6,000 nucleotides of DNA from Octopus sinensis (taxonomy: Eukaryota), in NCBI RefSeq assembly GCF_006345805.1, contig NW_021829522.1:1-6000 (forward strand), in the 5' to 3' direction. Position numbers and translations under genes: made by a program. Shown piece after piece: positions 1 through 6,000 of the stretch. The stretch's first letter is position 1. Every line of letters starts with the position of its first letter. The notes under the pieces are model-generated. The model had not been told where the DNA came from and did no database searches. It worked only from the letters and a program-made list of their open reading frames with translations.

Positions 1-35
1 AGGAAGGAGATGAAGAAGAGGAAGAGGAGAAGAAT
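1..35. repeat. Purine-rich low-complexity (GAA/GAG/GAT)n tract
   Basis: AGGAAGGAGATGAAGAAGAGGAAGAGGAGAAGAAT read directly; cut by the window edge. Confidence 0.7.
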
Positions 36-40
36 ATGAA

Positions 41-257
41 GTTGGCAAGCTGGTAGAAACTTTTTCGTGTTTGTCGAAATGCCCAGCGACATTTCCTCAA
101 GTTCCACACTCTGAGTTCAAGTTCCTCCGTGGTGGGCATCTTATTTCATACTATGTACGAAATAAGTACAAGCTGTGTATTTGGGGGCGGACATAGTCGA
201 GTAAACCCACATTCACCCACAAATTTCTGGTCTTATGCCTATTGTACAATGAATTAT
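41..257 (+). mobile_element. tRNA-derived SINE, family A, old diverged near-full-length copy
   Basis: Colinear with the copy at 1684-1920: TGGCAAGCTGGTAGAA (A-box region), CTGAGTTCAAGTTCC (B-box region, ~111-125), AAATAAGTAC, and the 3' end CCCACAAATTTCTGGTCTTATGCCTA...GAATTAT. Confidence 0.75.
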
Positions 258-265
258 ATTTCCGT

Positions 266-659
266 CTCTTTTACTCTTTCACTTGTTTCAGTCATTTGAC
301 TGCGACCATGCTGGAGCACCGCCTTTAGTCGAGCAAATTGACCCCAGAGGTTATTCTTTGTAAACCCAATACTTATTCTATCGGTTTCTTTCGCCGAACC
401 TCTATGTTATGGAGACGTAACCACACCAGCATCGGTTGTCAAGCGATGTTGGGGGGACAAACACAGGCACATAAATATATACACACATATAAATACACAT
501 ACATACATATATACGACGGGCTTCTTCCAGTTTCCGTCTACCAAATCCACTCACAAGGTTATAGTAGAAGAAACTTGCCCAAGGTGCTACGCAGTGGTAC
601 TGAACTCGGGACCATGTGGTTGGTAAGCAAGCTACTTACCACACAGCCACTCCTGCGCC
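266..659 (-). mobile_element. tRNA-derived SINE, family B, near-full-length (CORE-like segment; possibly octopus OR1/OR2 type)
   Basis: On the minus strand: head GGCGCAGGAGTGGCTGTGTGG with A/B-box-like motifs, then GCACCTTGGGCAAGT resembling the CORE-SINE domain, an internal TA/TG microsatellite (~461-514), body, CAGTCA-AA-TGACTG hairpin and AAAAGAGT-type tail. Homologous to 803-928, 2348-2644, 2743-2948 and 3958-4290. The family name is from memory and unverified. Confidence 0.92.
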
Positions 660-664
660 TATAC

Positions 665-802
665 TTTCTGAGTTCAAATTCCACCAAGGTCGACTTTACC
701 TTTTTTTTTCTGAAGTCGATAAGAACCACTTACGCACTGGGGTCGATGGAATCGACTAGCCGCCTTCCCCCAAATTTCAGGCCTATAGTAGAAAGGATCA
801 TC
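665..802 (+). mobile_element. SINE family A, copy lacking the 5' (A-box) part
   Basis: TTCTGAGTTCAAATTCCACCAAGGTCGACTTT...CACTGGGGTCGATGGAATCGACTA...CAAATTTCAGGCCTATAGTAGAAAGGATCATC aligns to 1752-1900. Confidence 0.9.
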
Positions 803-928
803 ATAGGCTATATGCTATATGCTATATGCTAAAAAGCTTGCTTCCCAACAACATGGTTTCGGGTTCAGTCCCACTACATGGCACCTTCGGCAAGTGTCTT
901 CTGCCTCAGGCCAACCAAAGATTTGGGT
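803..928 (+). mobile_element. SINE family B, head-only fragment
   Basis: AAGCTTGCTTCCCAACAACATGGTTTCGGGTTCAGTCCCACTACATGGCACCTTCGGCAAGTGTCTTCT matches 3978-4047 and the reverse complement of ~563-633. It breaks off at the LINE fragment. Confidence 0.9.
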
Positions 929-1549
929 CAGTCTCCTTAGAAGATGCCCTTCCTAATTTCTACTGTCCCTAAACTTCTTCCGTACGTTGTCAAGTCCTTT
1001 TTCCAATTCGTCATACTTTTTCCAAGCAATCGCTCAACATTCGATGCAATCCCAAACAGGTTTATACCCTCCATAATCCAAGAATGTAGGATCATATCGT
1101 ACGCCTTACGATAGTCAATCCATGACATGGCTAAGTTACTTTTCCTCCTCTTGCAGTCTCTGAATACAGTTTTATCTATCAGGAATTGATCCTTGGTACC
1201 TTTGCACTTACGCTTGCAACCCTTCTGCTCATGTGGCAGGACTCCATTTTTTCTAGAAGTTCGTACATTGACTCTGCGAGTATTCCAGTCAATACATTCC
1301 ACATAAATGGCAAAACAGGATATCGGCCTGTTATTGTCTACCTTATTGCCTTTTTTCGATGTTTTTCAGGCACAGTGTCAACCACTCTGGTGTTGTTTGG
1401 TCGGCATTTAACAAGGTGTTGAGTTGCGCAGTAATTCGCACATGACATTCACCAAATCTTTTGATGCAGTAGCCTTGAACTCCATCTGGTCCCGGGGCCT
1501 TCCAGTTGCTCATTTTTTTGCTGATTTTCTTCACTTCCCTAACTGTATC
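929..1549 (-). mobile_element. Non-LTR retrotransposon fragment, R4/Dong clade (RLE type), truncated at both ends
   Basis: Minus-strand translation across frameshifts: [27 protein letters not shown]...PEWLT, [92 protein letters not shown] and WIDY.KAYD..PHSW are motifs I associate with R4/Dong/Rex6 RTs. Clade assigned by motif recall, not by phylogeny. Confidence 0.88.
930..1546 (-). pseudogene. Reverse transcriptase remnant (N-terminal RT motifs up to GIFQGD), inactivated
   Basis: Track ORFs 1343..1711 and 937..1302 are pieces of one frame. It is broken by +1 at 1351-1356, +1 at 1312-1315 and -1 at 1247-1252, by a TAA replacing the Q of GIFQGD (937-939), and by an apparent in-frame deletion after PEWLT. 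It ends before the catalytic YxDD motif. Confidence 0.9.
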
Positions 1550-1679
1550 ATCATTATTATTATTATTATTATTATTAGTAGTAGTAGTAGTAGTAGTAGT
1601 AGTAAGTAGTAGTAGTAGTAGTATCATCATCATCATCATCATCATCCTCATCCTCATCATCCTCATCATCATCATCATT
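1547..1679. repeat. Compound trinucleotide microsatellite (ATC)2(ATT)8(AGT)9 A (AGT)6 (ATC)8 then ATC/CTC mix
   Basis: Read directly. It explains the poly-I/S/L/V/M/T/N/D/Y ORFs in the track. Confidence 0.98.
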
Positions 1680-1683
1680 ATAA

Positions 1684-1920
1684 GACAGCCAGCTGGCAGA
1701 ATCGTTAGCACGCCGGGCGAAATAGTAACCGGTATTTCGTCGGTCTTTACGTTCTGACTTCAAATTCCGCAGAGGTCGACTTTGCCGTTCATCATCTTGG
1801 GGGTCGATGAAAAAAGTACCAGTCAAGCACTGGAGTCGATGTAATTGATTATCCCCCTCCCACAAAATTGCACACCTTGTGCCTAGAGGAGAAAGAATTA
1901 TTACTATCATTATTATTATT
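1684..1920 (+). mobile_element. SINE family A, full-length, with (ATT)n tail
   Basis: A-box-like TGGCAGAATCG (1694-1704), B-box-like GACTTCAAATTCC (1756-1768), central GTCGAC/GTCGAT-rich domain, and ATT/ACT/ATC tail at 1897-1920. Three to four homologues in the window. Confidence 0.92.
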
Positions 1921-2219
1921 GCAAAAACATTTCATTGAGTCAATTTTCAATGATTGCCCACCTGGATTACATCTTTTATGTGTCCCGTACTGTCTAAATT
2001 ACTTTAATTAACCGCATAAGAAATTAATCCAACATACGTTGACTAACCAGAAAATTTATAAAATAAAAATGTAAAATAGAACGTTAATATTTTGTCAGAG
2101 GTTAACGCTACTAGACAGAATTTTGATCGATGGTGAGAGTTAGTTTAGAGCGTTTTCGCTCTCTATGCATTCGATTAATAAACACGTAAAAAAACGCCAT
2201 CAAAATGCATACGATTCAA

Positions 2220-2242
2220 TGTGTGTGTGTGTGTATGTGTGT
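2220..2242. repeat. (GT)n microsatellite
   Basis: Read directly. Confidence 0.95.
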
Positions 2243-2247
2243 AATTT

Positions 2248-2298
2248 GTCTTTTACCTTTTACGTTTTATTTGTTTTAATCATTAGACGACGACCATG
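2248..2298 (-). mobile_element. SINE family B, 3' tail fragment
   Basis: TTTGTTTTAATCATTAGACGACGACCATG aligns with CTTGTTTCAGTCATTTGACTGCGACCATG (282-310) and is preceded by TCTTTTAC-type tail repeats. Confidence 0.75.
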
Positions 2299-2313
2299 AT
2301 GAGGATCTTGTTC

Positions 2314-2350
2314 CGGCATGGCTGCAGTCAAATGACTGAAACAAATAAAA
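2314..2350 (+). mobile_element. SINE family B, 3' tail fragment
   Basis: GCATGGCTGCAGTCAAATGACTGAAACAAATAAAA is nearly identical to 2590-2624. Confidence 0.9.
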
Positions 2351-2644
2351 GCCTTGTGAGTGGATTTGGTTGACGGTAACTGAAAAAATCCCGTCGTATA
2401 TATGTATATATATATGTGTGTGTATTTGTGTGTATGTCTTTGTCCACCTCCCAACGTCGTTTCAGAACCGATGCTGGAGTGTTTACGACTCCGTAACTTA
2501 GCGGTGCGGCACAAAGAACCGATAGAATAATTACTAGGCTTACAAAGAATAAGTCGGGTCGATTTGCTTGACTAAAGGTGGTGCTCCAGCATGGCCGCAG
2601 TCAAATGACTGAAACAAGTAAAATAGAGTAAAAGAGTAAAGAGT
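2348..2644 (+). mobile_element. SINE family B, 5'-truncated copy with (AAAAGAGT)n-type tail
   Basis: Starts at AAAGCCTTGTGAGTGGATTTGG. It is colinear with the reverse complement of 266-558 and ends AAGTAAAATAGAGTAAAAGAGTAAAGAGTA. Confidence 0.93.
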
Positions 2645-2736
2645 ACATACATACATACATACATACATGCATACATTCATACATGCATACATACATGCAT
2701 ACACACGTAATACATACATGCATACATACATACATA
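2644..2736. repeat. (TACA)n tetranucleotide microsatellite, interrupted
   Basis: Read directly. Confidence 0.95.
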
Positions 2737-2742
2737 CCGATA

Positions 2743-2948
2743 TATCTTTTACTTGCTTCATTCTGCGATCATGCTGGGGCATCGCATTAAGGAATCTAGT
2801 CAAACAAATCAATTCTACAACTTATTCTTAAGTCTTGAATTCATTTTGTCGGTTCTTTTGCCGAACCGCAAGTGTTGTGGGGGACGTAAACAAACCAGTG
2901 CCGGTTGTCGAGTGGTGGGAGGCAAAAACATACATAAACACACATATA
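2743..2948 (-). mobile_element. SINE family B, diverged 3'-half copy
   Basis: TCGGTTCTTTTGCCGAACCGC, GGGACGTAAACAAACCAGTGCCGGTTGTCGAG and CATGCTGGGGCATCGC align with 300-470. The tail hairpin is partly deleted. Confidence 0.88.
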
Positions 2949-3055
2949 TAGATAGACAGATATATTGACAGATAAATATACAGACACATTTAAGTGAGTG
3001 TGTGAGGTTGTTTAAGTGTGTTTATTGCACATGCCTATAATATGTGTGTGTTGTG

Positions 3056-3123
3056 TCTATATATATGTTTATTTACTGCATGACAAATATTTGAATTATA
3101 TATATATTATATATATATATATC

Positions 3124-3168
<45 letters not shown>

Positions 3169-3262
3169 ATATATATATATGTTATATATTATGTTTGTAT
3201 GTATGTATGATTGTATAAATATATATATATATATGCGCATGTATGTATACATATATATATAT
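3056..3262. repeat. (TA)n / (TATG)n low-complexity tract
   Basis: Read directly. Confidence 0.95.
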
Positions 3263-3340
3263 ACTTTGATACTTTGATACTTTGATAGGTTTCGGCCATT
3301 ATTGGCCCAGGCCATGTCTAACTTAATAGCACCACCTGCT
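3261..3340 (-). mobile_element. Orphan retroposon 3' end related to the SINE B tail, with (TATCAAAG)n terminal repeats
   Basis: Minus strand GGTGGTGCT...CATGGCCTGGGCCAATAATGGCCGAAAC plus about 3 copies of TATCAAAG parallels SINE B GGTGGTGCT...CATGGCCGCAGTCAAATGACTGAAAC plus 8-nt tail repeats. Confidence 0.65.
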
Positions 3341-3527
3341 ATATATATATATATATATATATACGTATGTAAGCACGTATACATATATACATATATTTAT
3401 TTATATGTGTGTGTATATGTGTAGTGTGGTTATATGCATATGTGTATATACATTCATGCAATCATACATACACGCGCACTCACACATGCGTCGCACATAT
3501 GTGTGTGTGTGTGTGTTTGTGTGTGTA
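3340..3527. repeat. Mixed (TA)n/(TG)n/(CA)n low-complexity tract
   Basis: Read directly. Confidence 0.9.
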
Positions 3528-3574
3528 TCTTTCATATTATATTATACTCTATCCATAGATGATGTGTTGGAGCA

Positions 3575-3720
3575 GCAGTAGAACTCAATACAGTAAATAT
3601 TTCCTGCAGACCATTGGCGGAATGAAATGAGATGTTGAAGCCGACAGGTAGCATTTGAACTCGGTCATTAAGGAACGAAATTAATTAATCCTCAGCGTAT
3701 TAATTATCTTAGCCACTTCT
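3575..3720 (-). mobile_element. Highly decayed tRNA-derived SINE, probably related to family A
   Basis: Minus strand has GTGGCTAAGAT (A-box-like) and GAGTTCAAAT (B-box-like, + strand 3653-3662). GAATGAAATGAGATGTTGA weakly parallels AAATGAGGAAAAGTAAAGTCG of the adjacent copy. Boundaries are uncertain. Confidence 0.5.
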
Positions 3721-3730
3721 ACTGATCTGT

Positions 3731-3944
3731 TAATAATATCGGTTTCAAATTTTGGCACAAGGCCAGTAATTTCGGAGGAGGGGTTTGAGTCAATTACAAC
3801 CACTCCAGTGTCTGACTGGTACATATTTTATCAACCCCGAAATGAGGAAAAGTAAAGTCGTCTTCGGGGCAAATTTGAACTCAGAACGCAAACACGGACA
3901 AAATGCAGCTGAGTATTTTATTCGGCATGCCAGCTCGTCGCCTT
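3731..3944 (-). mobile_element. SINE family A, near-full-length
   Basis: Reverse complement reads AAGGCGACGAGCTGGC...GTTCTGAGTTCAAATTTGCC...CGGGGTTGATAAAATATGTACCAGTCAGACACTGGAG...GGCCTTGTGCC...ATATTATT, colinear with 1684-1920. Confidence 0.92.
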
Positions 3945-3957
3945 ATAGACATATATA

Positions 3958-4288
3958 TAGGCGTGGTTATTTGGCAAGAAGCTTGCTTCCCAACCACATG
4001 GTTCCGTGTTCAGTCCTACTGCTTGGCACCTTGGGAAAGTGTCTTCTTATATAACCTCGGGCAGACCAAAGCCTTCTGAGTGGAAACGGTAGACGGAAAC
4101 TGAAAGAAGCCCGTCATGTGTGTGTGTGTGTGTGTGTATACATATGTGTGTATTTGTGTCTGTGTCTGTGGTTGGCCCACCACCAACGCTTGACAACCGA
4201 GTACTGGCGGGGTGCGATTTTTTCGACTGAAAACCATTAAAGCGATACTCCAGCATAGCCGCGACCAATGTCTGAAACATGTAAAAGA

Positions 4289-4290
<2 letters not shown>
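3958..4290 (+). mobile_element. SINE family B, head-to-tail copy with an ~80-nt internal deletion
   Basis: Head, CORE-like segment, internal (TG)n, body and tail CTGAAACATGTAAAAGAAT all align with the reverse complement of 266-659. Confidence 0.92.
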
Positions 4291-4725
<435 letters not shown>

Positions 4726-4979
4726 TTGCAGATAAAAATAAATAACTATCGACTGATATGTCGGTAAATATACAGATGTGGAAACAAGTGTTTTGATTTT
4801 TAGGTGGATATCTATTCATGCCTGTATCTACCGAACGAATTTAATTAATCCTTACATATATATAATATGTAATATGTAACTTTTATTCCCATTATATCTT
4901 TAACTATTACGAAAATATGCAAACTTAAATCATAATTTTTTTTAAAATCGATAAAGTGATCCCAGCACCCTAAAATTAC

Positions 4980-5056
4980 CTGCTTTGAGCCAGATTTTGA
5001 AGCCGCTGTCGTTAGAATCATCTTGATCCAATTTTTTTGCGGCATTATTACCAGGC
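4980..5056 (-). other. Candidate 77-nt exon (unverified)
   Basis: Minus strand: pyrimidine tract TTCCGCCTTCTTCCTGCCTTAAAG| as acceptor and CAG|GTAATT as donor. Two frames are open: PGNNAAKKLDQDDSNDSGFKIWLKA and GLVIMPQKNWIKMILTTAASKSGSKQ. No homology recognised. Confidence 0.25.
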
Positions 5057-5194
5057 CTTTAAGGCAGGAAGAAGGCGGAATAGTTGACTCGCCGGTTAAA
5101 ATGATTAACTGCAGCGCTGACGTGTTTGCGTTTTTATTGACAAGATACATGTTTCAGCCTATTATGAATGTAGCAAAAGAAACACAACTACATA

Positions 5195-5390
5195 ATATGT
5201 ATAATACGTCACATAAACACAGAAACATGAACACACAAACACATGAATATGTAGAATACATAATACATACAAACGTACATACACACACATACGTGTATAT
5301 ATGCATACACAAATACGCGCATACATGCATACAAACATACATACACATGCACACTGATGCACACATGCGCACAAACAAACATACAAAAAG
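5195..5390. repeat. Degenerate (CA)n/(TACA)n low-complexity tract
   Basis: Read directly; source of the VC/MY-rich spurious ORFs. Confidence 0.85.
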
Positions 5391-5549
5391 ACGACATCTC
5401 CCATAATGGACAGAGTCAATGACTATTGAAGAGGTTCTAAGAAGCAAGGAAAAATTTTAGAAAAAATAAGTAAATGAGTGGAAATCGAACCAGCGTGTGT
5501 ATTAATTAATAAAGTATTAAAACAGAATGACTCTCCCCAGACACAGTAA

Positions 5550-5968
5550 TATATGTGTGTGTGTATACGGAGAGAGAGGGGGAGGGAGAGAGAAAGAGAT
5601 AGATCGATATTTTACATATATATATATAGAATAGATTTATAAACCTTTACATATATACATGCATAATTGTGCATATATATACACGCATACATAAGTATTT
5701 ATATGTGCGTGTATATATATATTTATATACATTTATAAATATATATAATATATATATATATTTGCATATATTACACACACACATATGTATACATACATAT
5801 ATATATGTATATACATACATATATATATTTTATATAATATATTATATGTAAATGTATATATACATATATATATATATATTATATATATATAATATATATA
5901 TAATTATATATATATAACATATACATAATACATATACATATATACGCATACATATATATACATATATA
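5550..5968. repeat. (TG)n, (GA)n and degenerate (TA)n low-complexity tract
   Basis: Read directly. Confidence 0.92.
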
Positions 5969-5997
5969 TTTTTTTTTATTACCGTACTAGTTTCCAG
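5969..5997 (+). other. Possible 3' splice acceptor at the window edge
   Basis: T9 tract followed by ...CTAGTTTCCAG|GTC. Only 3 nt of the putative exon are visible. Confidence 0.25.
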
Positions 5998-6000
5998 GTC

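Noticed and set aside
338-832. 164-aa plus-strand ORF
   Set aside because: It lies entirely in SINE B (antisense), its internal microsatellite and SINE A, and has no protein motif. The same applies to ORFs 2260..2514, 2540..2812, 2753..2968, 3785..4054 and 4016..4237.
1186-1422. Plus-strand 78-aa ORF
   Set aside because: Antisense shadow of the RT fragment.
1343-1711. Apparent fusion of a poly-M/L/T/N peptide to the RT N-terminus
   Set aside because: The homopolymeric part is the trinucleotide array, open by chance, and the RT frame ends after ~65 codons at a frameshift.
1684-1770. Possible tRNA genes at SINE heads (also 590-659, 3870-3944, 3958-4020)
   Set aside because: A/B-box-like motifs are present, but I find no complete cloverleaf, and each continues into a SINE body and tail.
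2111-2162. Helitron-like 3' end (hairpin plus CTAG on the minus strand)
   Set aside because: The CTAG is over 30 nt from a 6-bp hairpin, farther than typical, and there is no other Helitron evidence.
2989-3018. Two TTAAGTG (NK-homeodomain-like) motifs
   Set aside because: Short AT-rich 7-mers in low-complexity surroundings with no independent support.
3261-3287. Short direct-repeat arrays (ATACTTTG x3; also AAAAGAGT tails) as CRISPR-like repeats
   Set aside because: No spacers, eukaryotic context; they are retroposon tail repeats.
3559-3647. Plus-strand exon candidate (CATAG|ATG...CAG|GTAGCA)
   Set aside because: All three frames contain stops, and the segment overlaps a decayed SINE.
4960-5157. 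Protein-like minus frame KRKHVSAAVNHFNRRVNYSAFFLP*RPGNNAAKK with two TAA stops; considered readthrough or editing to Trp
   Set aside because: No homologue is recognised that would justify recoding, and a splice acceptor at the second TAA explains it more simply.
5398-5432. AGTCA-A-TGACT palindrome resembling a decayed SINE B tail
   Set aside because: Similarity is too short and gapped to separate from chance.

Overview
AT-rich, essentially non-coding animal DNA. About half is retroposon-derived, and much of the rest is (TA)n, (TACA)n, (CA)n and trinucleotide microsatellite. I recognise the two tRNA-derived SINE families, called A and B here, as octopus-type repeats. That taxon call is from memory and not verified. 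The only protein homology is a dead, frameshifted reverse-transcriptase fragment (929-1549, minus strand) of an R4/Dong-clade non-LTR retrotransposon. Its 5' end abuts an (AAT)n tract, the known Dong target. All other ORFs in the track are microsatellite or SINE artefacts. No intact gene, tRNA, rRNA or CRISPR array is supported, and I see no evidence for a new multi-gene system. The best leads are retroposon biology: microsatellite targeting, a module shared by both SINE families, a covarying 3' stem-loop, and a fold-back pair of SINE tails. There is also one CpG-rich unique island with a possible minus-strand exon.
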